Source: a virus
Reading direction: 5' to 3' (one strand)
Virus record (IMG/VR): IMGVR_UViG_3300013132_005564
Location: 1-64,000 of that record
DNA length: 64,000 bases
Shown: positions 1 to 8,618 of the stretch, in pieces
How the letters are laid out: each line of letters begins with the position of its first letter
Numbering within the stretch: position 1 is the first letter of the stretch
Position numbers and translations under genes: made by a program
The notes under the pieces: model-generated
What the model was told of the DNA's origin: nothing
Database searches by the model: none
The model's input: the letters and a program-made list of their open reading frames with translations, nothing else

Positions 1-291
1 CGCGGCGTTGTTCAGATTTGCCGTCGCGGCCGCCGCGAGTGACCCGATCGCCCTCGAAACGTAGGCCCTTGAGCCTCCCTCCTCGAAGAAGGTCTGGAGC
101 GTTTGGTGGACGTATCCACTAGATGTGTAGCCCCCGTAGATGTCCTCGAATTGGTCGAGGCTCTGAACCAGGAACGCAGATCCCTCTGGTCCGCGGGTTG
201 TCACACCGGCGACGAAGAGCGTTGAAGTTGGCGAGATTGTCAGCGTTGACGGACCGGTGACTACCGATGTCGTTAGGATTACTCCAGGCAT
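1..291 (-). CDS. Contractile tail sheath protein, N-terminal part (runs off the left edge)
   Basis: Not in the ORF track. Manual translation from ATG at 291: MPGVILTTSVVTGPSTLTISPTSTLFVAGVTTRGPEGSAFLVQSLDQFEDIYGG...QTFFEEGGSRAYVSR. This matches the sheath N-terminal pattern (G.T.RGP....V.S..QF...YG, FF.EGG.R.YV.R). Confidence 0.85.
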   Translation of the reverse strand, partial: MPGVILTTSVVTGPSTLTISPTSTLFVAGVTTRGPEGSAFLVQSLDQFEDIYGGYTSSGYVHQTLQTFFEEGGSRAYVSRAIGSLAAAATANLNNAA

Positions 292-328
292 TTACGATCC
301 TCCGATGCGGGGGTTTTGTTCACTACGA

Positions 329-337
329 ATAATAGCA
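329..337 (-). promoter_or_regulatory. Putative extended -10 promoter (TGcTATTAT) for the tail sheath gene
   Basis: TGnTAnnnT in an AT-rich intergenic gap about 40 nt upstream of the sheath start, with GGAGG before the ATG. Confidence 0.45.
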
Positions 338-370
338 TTCGGACTGCTTTGTAAGTTACACGTTTTGAAA

Positions 371-820
371 TTAGCCATTTTTATGGTCGCTGGGCGCCGC
401 TGGCCGGACCGCGTCCGACGGGGAATCGACTCCGATTTCTGAAGAGGTTGGTTTATCCAGTGCCTCGCCTGTCGCCGCTGCCTTTCGCGGCGACTCAACT
501 GCTGGCCGCTTGTCAGAAACGACGGGGGCAACAGAGGCCTCTTCCGAGGGCTTGGATTTTGGGGCAGCCTTCTTCTTGGGCGTCTCGTTTCCGCCCTCGC
601 CCGTTTGTGCGCCGTTCAATTCTAGGAGAGAACCCCTGGAGATGGCCTTTTTGACGGAGCTGCACGATTTGACGACGTATGCCCTATCCCCGGGCAGGAG
701 CCAGTCGCCATCGTCGCTGGCGAGCACCGCCGTAGAAGTGCGGTTGATCACCAGCACATGGCCTGGTTCGGCGGGGAGGCTGTCACCGTCCGCATCGTTT
801 AGCAAGATGAATTTTTTCAT
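371..820 (-). CDS. Hypothetical protein with a low-complexity Pro/Ala/Ser/Lys C-terminal tail
   Basis: 149-aa ORF abutting the upstream gene, in operon orientation. Confidence 0.65.
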   Translation of the reverse strand: MKKFILLNDADGDSLPAEPGHVLVINRTSTAVLASDDGDWLLPGDRAYVVKSCSSVKKAISRGSLLELNGAQTGEGGNETPKKKAAPKSKPSEEASVAPVVSDKRPAVESPRKAAATGEALDKPTSSEIGVDSPSDAVRPAAPSDHKNG

Positions 821-1447
821 TTAGTCCTCCGGGTCGGGAATTCCGTCCTCCAATTTTACACTGTCAACACCCAAGTCAAACTCTTGGAAGTCTGCGAGCT
901 TCTCTCGGACTATCGGCTCCTCTATCTTGAGTTCGTAGCCGACGTAGGCGCCCGCCAGGTACCTGTCCCCCTTGAGGAGCGTGAGCTCCGAGTACTCCTC
1001 CGTTATGGTCGACTCCTCGACCCTCGCCTGTCGGTCCGGGTTGCGTCTTTTCAGGCACGGGTGATCCATCAGCGCCGACCTGACGACCACTATCAGCCTG
1101 TCCCTCATCGTGGTCACGGATTTCTCCCCCTCCGTGCGCGCCCATGCGTAGGTCCTCATGTTGTAGGAAACCTCGTACTCCGGGTCTCCGTGTCTCATGT
1201 GACCCACCCTCGTGAAACCGCGACCGGATAACGAGACGGTGATTATCGTCGGCCAGACGTCCATCGTCGCCGGTTCGTAGTCCAGGTACTCGGCCGGGTC
1301 GGGAATTTCGTCGTTCGAAGCCCCCCAGTAGTTCCTGTACTTCACGAGCCTCTTCGGAACCTCCACCTTCAGGTAGTCGTTGACGAACTGCTTTGCGAAC
1401 TGAGGCCCGTACATCGCCTCGAAATTTCCGACCGGGACGGGGCTCAC
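821..1447 (-). CDS. Putative tail terminator / neck protein
   Basis: 208 aa. Lies between a virion morphogenesis gene and the sheath, with an ATGA overlap to the upstream gene. The function call is mainly positional. Confidence 0.5.
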   Translation of the reverse strand: MSPVPVGNFEAMYGPQFAKQFVNDYLKVEVPKRLVKYRNYWGASNDEIPDPAEYLDYEPATMDVWPTIITVSLSGRGFTRVGHMRHGDPEYEVSYNMRTYAWARTEGEKSVTTMRDRLIVVVRSALMDHPCLKRRNPDRQARVEESTITEEYSELTLLKGDRYLAGAYVGYELKIEEPIVREKLADFQEFDLGVDSVKLEDGIPDPED

Positions 1448-2157
1448 CTGAGATCAAACCCAACCGCGGACCTGCCGACGGATATCTTCGCCACGACTCC
1501 CGCTGCGGCGGCGGCGAAGCCGGGTCTCTCGAACACGAGCCTGCGCATCGGCATCCTCGTCGTCCCGTACTGGTGCCACGTCGAGTACCTGACCTTGTTG
1601 CCGAACTCTACGGAGTCGTTCGTTATTTTGTCTTCCCTGAGTCCGACGGTGAGACTCTGGAACAAATTTCCGGTCCTCTGCATCGTGGGCTTGCCGGGGT
1701 ATCTCAGCGCCTTCCAGGCTCCGTACGAGGGACTCAACGGGGCCCACCCCCCCGATGGCAGGCCGTTGCTGGTGAAGTTCTCCGCGAACATCGCCGCGAC
1801 CATCGGTTTGAGAACGGCGACCGCCGGCGGAATGCACACCTTGGCGCGACCGTAAATCGTCGACAACAGGGAGTAGGTGCCCGCGAAGTGCGTGGCTCCC
1901 TCCGCTCGGTCACCCATGCCGTCGCCCATCCTGTGTATTTTGCTCTCGAGCCTTTTCACGGCGGCGACGGTCCTGAGGTAGCTCTTGTGGTTGACCTTTA
2001 CGTCTATGCCGAGACTGACCCCCTTGCCCCTGGAGCCGGAGGTCCGGACGAAGTCGCGGCCGGTCGTGTCGATCGGGGCCGCCGCCCTTACCTTATCTCC
2101 GGTGCTCTTGCGAGTCCTTTTTATCTGCCTTCTCTCGGGAAACAGTTCGTCCTGCAT
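1444..2157 (-). CDS. Phage virion morphogenesis / tail completion protein (Mu gpG, P2 gpS-like)
   Basis: C-terminal motifs ENFTSNG..WAPLSPSY, MQRTGNLFQSL, FGNKVRYSTWHQYGT..MPMR; TAATG coupling to the upstream gene. Confidence 0.75.
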   Translation of the reverse strand: MQDELFPERRQIKRTRKSTGDKVRAAAPIDTTGRDFVRTSGSRGKGVSLGIDVKVNHKSYLRTVAAVKRLESKIHRMGDGMGDRAEGATHFAGTYSLLSTIYGRAKVCIPPAVAVLKPMVAAMFAENFTSNGLPSGGWAPLSPSYGAWKALRYPGKPTMQRTGNLFQSLTVGLREDKITNDSVEFGNKVRYSTWHQYGTTRMPMRRLVFERPGFAAAAAGVVAKISVGRSAVGFDLR

Positions 2158-3020
2158 TATCTGGCGATCCTCCTGCGCTTCAGGCTCTTGAGCGCCATGA
2201 GTTCCTTCTCGAGGAATCCCGTCTCAAGGGTTGACACCCCGCGCGTGGTCAGGTCCTTCACGCCAACGGTGTCGTCGTGCATGTTCTGCATCTCCCTGGT
2301 CGCGGCCCTCAGGATCATGAGCTTCAGGACCTTGAGCTGCGACCCGTCGAGGCCGCCCGAGTACTCGACCGTGAGCACGTCGTTGGGGAAGGCTGCGTAC
2401 ACCTCCAGACCCCACGGAAGGACCTTGTAGTCGGAGCCGGTCGCCTCGGCGGAGCCGCCGCTGGCGTAGGTCTGTCCTGACACGTCGTGCTTAACGGTGA
2501 AGGTCGTTTCGGTGACGGAGAGTATCTGCTTGTTCTGCAGGTTGAAATTGCTCGGGCTCGCCCCGTGGATCCTGAGGTACTGGCCGACCACGAAGTCGTT
2601 GTTGGCGACGTAGACGACGTTCGCCCCGCTGACAGATGCACCGGTGATCGTGGCGTTCCTTCGCATCGCCTCGCCCAGGTTCCTGGGTTCCATTGACGAG
2701 TTGCGGATGCCGACGCGCGTCACAGAAACGACCGGGGTGTTCCGCAGGGCGATCATTATCGGACCCCCGACCATGTGACGGATCGGATCGTTCGTTGTGT
2801 CGAGACTCCTGTCGTACATGTACCCGGACTCGCTCGGAACGCCGAACTCGTACGACGAAGTAACGTGGTCCTCGACGAACTCGTCCACGGACACCGGGCG
2901 ACCGAGGTACACCTCTAGCTCGCCCTGCAGGCCCTCGAGGATCATCTCCGCGGCGTCGGTCTGCCTGTTCGTCAGGCTGATGTCCATGAAAGTTCTCAGC
3001 TCGGCGACCGAAACCAACAT
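2157..3020 (-). CDS. Head-tail adaptor (gp6/gp15-like) with an inserted beta-rich domain
   Basis: N-terminal MLVSVAELRTFM...ILEGLQGELEVYLGRPV, PVVSVT, C-terminal VEYSGG...LKLMILRAA...LKSLKRRRI are typical of adaptors. Confidence 0.65.
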   Translation of the reverse strand: MLVSVAELRTFMDISLTNRQTDAAEMILEGLQGELEVYLGRPVSVDEFVEDHVTSSYEFGVPSESGYMYDRSLDTTNDPIRHMVGGPIMIALRNTPVVSVTRVGIRNSSMEPRNLGEAMRRNATITGASVSGANVVYVANNDFVVGQYLRIHGASPSNFNLQNKQILSVTETTFTVKHDVSGQTYASGGSAEATGSDYKVLPWGLEVYAAFPNDVLTVEYSGGLDGSQLKVLKLMILRAATREMQNMHDDTVGVKDLTTRGVSTLETGFLEKELMALKSLKRRRIAR

Positions 3021-3029
3021 CTCAGCCTC

Positions 3030-3407
3030 TTACTCTCTGCCGCGCAGGCGCCTCAGAGCTTCCCTGGCGGCGTTGCCGGTTGTCCCGCCGCGGTTTCTCC
3101 TGCCGGCTGCGGACAGCGCATCTGCCAACCTGTTGGTGATGGACCGTATTGCCCTGCGTATCAATCCGGGCCTAGCCGTTTGCTCCGCGGGCGTGGCCGG
3201 CTCGGGGATGACCGCCTCGGCCGCCCGGGGCGCGTAAGTTGACGGGGTGTCGTCCGCCCTCACCGGTGGCATTGGGAAGGGGTCCGGCAAAGTTGACGGG
3301 AGGATGACGCCGTTCGCCCTCATTTCGGCGAGCACCCTTCGCATCATCTGCGCAAGTTGTCTCTGGGCCGTCGGACTGCCAGCCCAAAGAACGAGTTTTG
3401 GCGCCAT
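3030..3407 (-). CDS. Hypothetical basic protein
   Basis: 125-aa ORF with GGAGG RBS, in operon orientation. Confidence 0.55.
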   Translation of the reverse strand: MAPKLVLWAGSPTAQRQLAQMMRRVLAEMRANGVILPSTLPDPFPMPPVRADDTPSTYAPRAAEAVIPEPATPAEQTARPGLIRRAIRSITNRLADALSAAGRRNRGGTTGNAAREALRRLRGRE

Positions 3408-3469
3408 TGCGACCTCCGGTTATGCGACTACGAGAATTTTACAACGTACTCGCCCCCGGACAGGGAGGA

Positions 3470-4021
3470 TCATCCGTCGGCGTTCGGCGGTCTCTCGATC
3501 TTCGGCCGTTCGTCCTGCTTGGCCTCTATCGGGACCCACGCCCTCGAGTAGGTGTGGTCGGAGACCTTCCTCATCTTTATCAAGGAGCCGTCTATGAGGA
3601 CTTGGAATTCTTCCGCGGTCATTCCCAGCGTTGACATCAGCGAGTTGGCGTCGTACACCCCGGAACTGATTATCGTCCTGACGAGTCTCGACAGCCTCGC
3701 GTTCAATATCTCCCCCCTCGCCCTGTTCAGCGTCACGTGCATGACCATCGCCTCTATTTCCGAGATGTTCGGCAGGACCACGGTCGGGACGAAGCGCGCG
3801 TCCACGAGCAAATTCCTGTTGGCGGAGGCCAGGGCGACCCTCTCGTGCCCGTCGACGATTCGCAGCCCCTCGCTGCCGAAGGCGACGATCGGGTGCAGCC
3901 ATCCGTACCGACTCAATGAAGTGGCGAGAAGCCTCAGGTCCGGTTTCACTATGTACGTTGACCTCCACTCAGACGCTTGAAGCTCGTCCACGTCCACCAG
4001 TCTCGTGTTGTTACCGGTCAC
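3470..4021 (-). CDS. ParB/Srx-like nuclease-domain protein, IbrB-like
   Basis: SLSRYGWLHPIV, IVDGHER, TLNRARG, LGMTAEE motifs; directly downstream of an IbrA-like gene. Confidence 0.8.
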   Translation of the reverse strand: MTGNNTRLVDVDELQASEWRSTYIVKPDLRLLATSLSRYGWLHPIVAFGSEGLRIVDGHERVALASANRNLLVDARFVPTVVLPNISEIEAMVMHVTLNRARGEILNARLSRLVRTIISSGVYDANSLMSTLGMTAEEFQVLIDGSLIKMRKVSDHTYSRAWVPIEAKQDERPKIERPPNADG

Positions 4022-5144
4022 TTTCGCCCTCCTCGTTTTCCCTCATGGATATCCCGTACGCCTTTGTGCCCGGGCCCATCGGAGTGGGCGAGACGGCGGC
4101 GAATTCGTTCAGCAGCAAAATCCTGATCAACCAATGAATTGGGTAGCTTTTGGGGTCGTTGTTCATCTTCATCCTGAACTTGGCGCAGTACGCCATGGCG
4201 TACTGTCTGTGTGATTCGTCGATCATGTTGTCGTCTATGCACGCCCTGACGCCGTCCCATCCGTACCTGGAGTAATCCATGATCAATTTCTCCACGTCGT
4301 AGTCGACCCAGAGCCTCCTCTGGGCGTCGATCATCGGCCAGACCCTTTGGAGTTGGTCGAAGAAGAAAGGCTCGGTGGCCAGGAGATCCTTCATCCTCCT
4401 GGCGGCGGTGGAGTAGAGCGGCGACCCGACGCGTGTGTTGGACCCGGTCATCGCGGCGACGTCGTAGTACTCGCAGTATCTCGCGCCGTGCTCATCCACG
4501 ATGAACTTGAGGACGTCGTCGGTCGTCCAGTCGTAAATGACCTTCGCCAACCTCAGCGGGAGGTTCCTCGGGGCCCTGTACGGCACCACGATGTAATTCT
4601 CGTGCAACTTCTGCACGAGGGATCTGTACCTGACCATCGATTCGTTGGCCCGCACCCCCGTTATGAACGCCGTGCGACCCTTTTTTCCCTGCATTGTCCA
4701 GTGGTCCATGTCGCCCATGTCCTCTTCTCTGCTAAGACCGAAGGACTCGGCGTTTATGGCGAAGGGCGGCATCGGGCGAACGAGCCTGCCCTCGTCCTCT
4801 CGTTGCTTTGACCAGGCCATCTCGGTCGTTCGCTTGCCCATCGACCAAACTTCCATCCCGACCGACAGGCAGTACCACTCCATGTCTACCCAGTCGTAAT
4901 CCCGAACCTCCTCCACGAAATCAATGACCATCGGGCTCACTACCTCGTCGTCCCTGAAGATCGTCTTGACCGGCCCCAACCCCCTCTCCTCGTGAACTTC
5001 TTTCGCCAAATAAAGCACCGCCGTCGAGTCCTTGCCGCCGGAAAATTGGACGCACACCGTGTCGAAGGTGTCGTAGACGTGCCTTATCCTTTTTCTGGCC
5101 GCGTCCACGCAGCTCATGTCGAGATAAAGGCGTTTTCGCGGCAT
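4011..5144 (-). CDS. PAPS reductase-family PP-loop protein, IbrA-like
   Basis: PP-loop FSGGKDS, ITGVRANES..RY, IYDWTTDDV. Start placed at ATG 5144 (MPRKRLYLDMSCVDAARKRI), coupled to the upstream stop. Confidence 0.85.
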   Translation of the reverse strand: MPRKRLYLDMSCVDAARKRIRHVYDTFDTVCVQFSGGKDSTAVLYLAKEVHEERGLGPVKTIFRDDEVVSPMVIDFVEEVRDYDWVDMEWYCLSVGMEVWSMGKRTTEMAWSKQREDEGRLVRPMPPFAINAESFGLSREEDMGDMDHWTMQGKKGRTAFITGVRANESMVRYRSLVQKLHENYIVVPYRAPRNLPLRLAKVIYDWTTDDVLKFIVDEHGARYCEYYDVAAMTGSNTRVGSPLYSTAARRMKDLLATEPFFFDQLQRVWPMIDAQRRLWVDYDVEKLIMDYSRYGWDGVRACIDDNMIDESHRQYAMAYCAKFRMKMNNDPKSYPIHWLIRILLLNEFAAVSPTPMGPGTKAYGISMRENEEGESDR

Positions 5145-5941
5145 CAGAACTCGGCGTTGGTGTCTATGAAGTCGATCAACTTTGACGCCGTCGTCTCCCC
5201 GACGTACGCGGGATCGTTCCTGAGGTACCTGATGAAGTCGTACCATCTCTTCTGCTGAACGGCGTTGTCGAACACGAGCGTGTACTGCACTATCGCCCTC
5301 TCCCCGCCCCTGACGCCGACCGCCGTGCTCCCCCTCGTGATCGCCTCCTCCTTGTCGACCGAGTCCGTCGCGACGTAGTCAATTTCGTCATTTTCGTTTT
5401 TCGTCTCGACGATCCGTTCGTCGTCTGCGACCTGGAACGGGTTGACTATCACCGCGGGCGTGTAGCCTCCCCTGTTGTCGTTTCTGTCGTTGACGATGAT
5501 GTCCGTTGTCAGCGAGGCGATCTCGAACTCGTCCCAACCGAGGCCGAGCAGCAGGTCCTGATACTCGGAGGAGATCTCCGACATGAGGTCGAGCACGACC
5601 TGCTGGTCTGTGTTGCCGAGCTCGGTCGTCCTGTTGTCGGCGAGCGCGAAGGCGTGGCCACGGTTCTCGTCCACGTCGTAGACGATCGCCGCTATTTTTG
5701 TCCATCCGAGTTTCTTCGCCGCTATCAGCTGGTGGTTGCCGGCTATGACGGAGAACTTGCCGTCGCTTGACGGCATCACGACTATTGGTTTTATCTGCCC
5801 GAACTCCCTGTAAGATGCGACGATTGACTCGACGTTGCCGATGCGCGGGTTTTTCTCCAGCGGCTTGAGGAGGTCAATGTCCATCGCCAGCCCGGCTATC
5901 GAGGAATGTATTTCCCCTGCGCCGCTCGACCCGTCGCTCAC
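5144..5941 (-). CDS. ParB N-terminal (Srx-like) domain protein
   Basis: LKPLEKNPR, SYREFGQIKPIVV, VIAGNHQLIAAKKLGW, ALADNRTTELG. Confidence 0.85.
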   Translation of the reverse strand: MSDGSSGAGEIHSSIAGLAMDIDLLKPLEKNPRIGNVESIVASYREFGQIKPIVVMPSSDGKFSVIAGNHQLIAAKKLGWTKIAAIVYDVDENRGHAFALADNRTTELGNTDQQVVLDLMSEISSEYQDLLLGLGWDEFEIASLTTDIIVNDRNDNRGGYTPAVIVNPFQVADDERIVETKNENDEIDYVATDSVDKEEAITRGSTAVGVRGGERAIVQYTLVFDNAVQQKRWYDFIRYLRNDPAYVGETTASKLIDFIDTNAEF

Positions 5942-6276
5942 ACCTGGGCCCTCACGTTTGCGTTCAGTGTCCTCAGCGCGTCAATGGACGTCCTCAAAGA
6001 CAAAAGCTTCTCTCTCTTCGCTTTGACCAGCGCCTCGGAGATCTTGTAGTCGTAGTTCTCGTCGTTCATTTGGTAGTCGGCCCAGGCCTCGCGCTCCTTG
6101 ATTGAGCCCTTGGCTGCGAGATAGGACTTGGCCCAGTCGGCCTTGTACTTCGCCTCCTTCTTGGCGGCGTCGGTGGATAGGGTCTCGAACGCCTCGGTCT
6201 CGCTCTCGAGCAAATCCATGAGGCGCAACAGCTCCTCCTCAACCTCAACCTGACTAATCGGGGTACTGCGAGTCAC
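5938..6276 (-). CDS. Small helical/coiled-coil hypothetical protein (possibly a UvsY-like recombination mediator)
   Basis: Acidic all-helical ORF; GTG start at 6276 after GGAAGG; sits next to recombination genes. Confidence 0.55.
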   Translation of the reverse strand: MTRSTPISQVEVEEELLRLMDLLESETEAFETLSTDAAKKEAKYKADWAKSYLAAKGSIKEREAWADYQMNDENYDYKISEALVKAKREKLLSLRTSIDALRTLNANVRAQV

Positions 6277-6814
6277 TGCACCTTCCTTCGTAGTTGTCAA
6301 CGGGCGACCAGTCGACTCCGTCGGCGACGGCTCGGCTTGCCTCGGGCCAATCGTATCTTGCTTCGCCCTGCCTAATCAATGCCATTTCCTCCAGTATCCA
6401 TGCGTCGCACATGTCGTCGGCGCCGGGACCGACCCACGCAATCCCCGTCCTGGCCGAGACGGCGGAAACGACCTCGCTCTTTGAGGAGTTGCCCTTTCCC
6501 GTGGCAAATTTGGCCCTCGTCGTCGGCGCCACCTCGACGAAAGGTATGTTGGCGGAGCAGAGGACGTACCTCACGACCCCGCCGAGCTCGCCGATTGAGA
6601 ACGCCTGGCCCGAACGAGCGGCGAACGCGTAGCCCTCCAGGACGACCGCGGTCACGCGGTGAAAACGGACGAGCTCCATCACGGCGGTTGATATGTCGAT
6701 GAGCCTCTGCGTGCCCCTGCTCTTCGGGATTATTGCGCCCCGGGAATCTCGCACCGACCACCCCGTGGACGAGAGGGACAAATCCAGCCCCATGAAGATT
6801 ATTTCTTTTGTCAC
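6254..6814 (-). CDS. ruvC: RuvC-like Holliday junction resolvase
   Basis: MGLDLSLSSTG, VVLEGY, IGELGGVVR, P...KFATGKGNSSK, DDMCDA catalytic motifs. Confidence 0.85.
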   Translation of the reverse strand: MTKEIIFMGLDLSLSSTGWSVRDSRGAIIPKSRGTQRLIDISTAVMELVRFHRVTAVVLEGYAFAARSGQAFSIGELGGVVRYVLCSANIPFVEVAPTTRAKFATGKGNSSKSEVVSAVSARTGIAWVGPGADDMCDAWILEEMALIRQGEARYDWPEASRAVADGVDWSPVDNYEGRCSDSQYPD

Positions 6815-6833
6815 GAACGAAAACTACCGCGCT

Positions 6834-6935
6834 TGGCGGGCTGTCCCCGGGGCCTGCACTCCCCGGGGACGCGGCGCCCGATGGGGGCCTAACCCGTCGC
6901 GGATTCAACCGCCAGAACGGATCACCCCCTCCCTT
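6834..6935. ncRNA. Candidate structured RNA element in the HNH-ruvC intergenic gap
   Basis: Nested inverted repeats: TGGCGG 6834-39 / CCGCCA 6909-14; GTCCCCGGGG 6843-52 / CCCCGGGGAC 6861-70; GCGGCG 6871-76 / CGTCGC 6895-6900. Confidence 0.35.
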
Positions 6936-6998
6936 GTCGAGTTACCTGCCACGATTGTATCTTCATAGCTAATACTGAAAAGGGTAATAGTTATGCGA

Positions 6999-7403
6999 TT
7001 ACGTTTTTTTCCAGCTCTCAACCGAAAGACCCAATTCAAAGGCTTTTTGCGGATATTTTCCGATTCTTTCGTGACACGGCCTGCACACGGCCATGAGATT
7101 TTTCTCTTCGAGTATCGAGCCTCCCTGCGATCTGCGCACGAGCTCGTGGACGTCCTGCGCTGGTTTGCGGATGTACGTGATCCTGCCGTCATCCCTGGCG
7201 AACACGGGGCACGCCTCGCACCATTTTCTCTCCGTCAGAATCCTTCGGACGACGGCCCGTCGCTCGACGTAGATCGACTCAGTTTTTTTGGAGCGACTCC
7301 TGAGTTTTGTTCTCTTCTTCGGGGGCGCCGAGTCTTTCGAACGCCCAGACTCCGTTGAGCGCTTTGTAGAGCGCTTCATCGGCCGGCGTCGTCTCAATGT
7401 CAT
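6999..7403 (-). CDS. HNH endonuclease-like protein (start uncertain)
   Basis: CEAC...DVHELVRRSQGG....NLMAVCRPCH zinc-binding HNH pattern with a basic N-terminus. Confidence 0.75.
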   Translation of the reverse strand: MTLRRRRPMKRSTKRSTESGRSKDSAPPKKRTKLRSRSKKTESIYVERRAVVRRILTERKWCEACPVFARDDGRITYIRKPAQDVHELVRRSQGGSILEEKNLMAVCRPCHERIGKYPQKAFELGLSVESWKKT

Positions 7404-7827
7404 ACCTCAAAAGATACGTCCTGTGGGCCTCTATGGCGTCACGGCACATCTCGTAGAGATTCTCCCGGTCGGCGCCGGTCGCCCTTTGCAGCGAGATCAT
7501 GCCGGCGACGTCGGAGACGCGCTTGACGACGTAGAACTTGAAGCGATCGGCCTTGGCGATTTTGCTCTCGTAGTACATCTTCGCCTCCACCCCCAGCCTC
7601 ACGCCGTCCTCGCCGAGGCTCAGGTACCTCTTGTCGTCGGCGATCATGTCCTGCGTCAGGCCCTCGATCTGCCGGTTCAAATTATCCAGCAGGGCGTTGA
7701 GCGCCCTCATCCACCTGTCCAGGTTCTGCGACTGGCAGAGGAACTGCTTGTGCTCGTCCGACGCCTTGTTCTTGACTTCCTGCGCCACCATGTGCGCGAA
7801 GGCGTCGTCGCTTATGTAATGGTTCAT
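7279..7827 (-). CDS. Hypothetical helical protein
   Basis: Start placed at ATG 7827 (MNHYISDDAF), which forms an ATGA overlap with the exonuclease stop. Confidence 0.65.
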   Translation of the reverse strand: MNHYISDDAFAHMVAQEVKNKASDEHKQFLCQSQNLDRWMRALNALLDNLNRQIEGLTQDMIADDKRYLSLGEDGVRLGVEAKMYYESKIAKADRFKFYVVKRVSDVAGMISLQRATGADRENLYEMCRDAIEAHRTYLLRYDIETTPADEALYKALNGVWAFERLGAPEEENKTQESLQKN

Positions 7828-8612
7828 TTTTTTTCCTTCTTCCAATACTCGCATATCGTATCCTTGAAGAAGCACCAGTTGCAAAGCTTCGTCGGTTTCG
7901 CCGGCCAGTTGTTGTCGTTGAACGACGCGACGATGGCGTCGTAGGTCTCGGTTATGAGCCTGTGCACTTCGTCCAGTTTCGATTGGTTCACGAGCCTGAT
8001 GAACCGCTTGCCGTCCTTGAGGTACAGGAGCTCTACCGAGCCGATCGGGTGCTCGGACGCCTCCGAGAGTAGCGTCGCGTAGATCATCAGCTGTATGAAC
8101 TTGTCGTCGACGTACGGCTCGCGCGGCGTCTTGCCGGTCTTGTAGTCGGATATGCGAACCATCCCGTCGTCGACGAACCACCTGTCGATGAAGCCCTTCA
8201 CCCTGACGCCACCCACCTTGCCGTCAAGCTCCGTTTCCACGCCGCCGACCGTTATGTCCGATGGCTGCTCGACCCTGAATATGTTCTCCAGGCACCACCA
8301 CGCCGACCACCTGAATTTTTGGGCTTCCCTCTCGGGCACGACGCCCTTTATCCGGTCCGCCCACTTTCCCTCGGACCACACGGACGTGCTGAGCGACCTG
8401 AGCGATGTCGCGGTCCTCTGATCGGGGTCCAGCGACCCGTAGAACGACTCAAGGACGTCGTGGACGAAGTTCCCCAGCAGGGTCGCCTGCGTCGGGGGCT
8501 CCTGCATCTGGTTGACGCGGGAGTACTTGTACTTCAGCGGACACTGCGAATACGTCGCCAGCGACGATGGCGAGACGTACTCGGGTAGCACGTATGGGAG
8601 AGGGTCCGACAC
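7824..8612 (-). CDS. PD-(D/E)XK exonuclease, RecB/Cas4-like with a 4-Cys cluster
   Basis: SPSSLATYSQCP, GNFVHDVLE, GFIDR, ISDYKTGK, QLMIYA, C-terminal CNWC.....C. Confidence 0.9.
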   Translation of the reverse strand: MSDPLPYVLPEYVSPSSLATYSQCPLKYKYSRVNQMQEPPTQATLLGNFVHDVLESFYGSLDPDQRTATSLRSLSTSVWSEGKWADRIKGVVPEREAQKFRWSAWWCLENIFRVEQPSDITVGGVETELDGKVGGVRVKGFIDRWFVDDGMVRISDYKTGKTPREPYVDDKFIQLMIYATLLSEASEHPIGSVELLYLKDGKRFIRLVNQSKLDEVHRLITETYDAIVASFNDNNWPAKPTKLCNWCFFKDTICEYWKKEKK

Positions 8613-8618
8613 GGGGCC

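Noticed and set aside
6834-6935. tRNA or known ribozyme in the intergenic stem-loops
   Set aside because: No T-loop (TTCGA), anticodon arm, or hammerhead/twister core recognised
7824-7836. A-AAA-AAA slippery run before the exonuclease stop, a possible -1 frameshift fusion
   Set aside because: An ordinary ATGA overlap with a purine-rich RBS explains it; no supporting structure was identified
7824-8612. Cas4-like gene as evidence of a CRISPR-Cas system
   Set aside because: No cas1/cas2 or array; it sits beside a Rad52-like gene as a typical phage recombination pair
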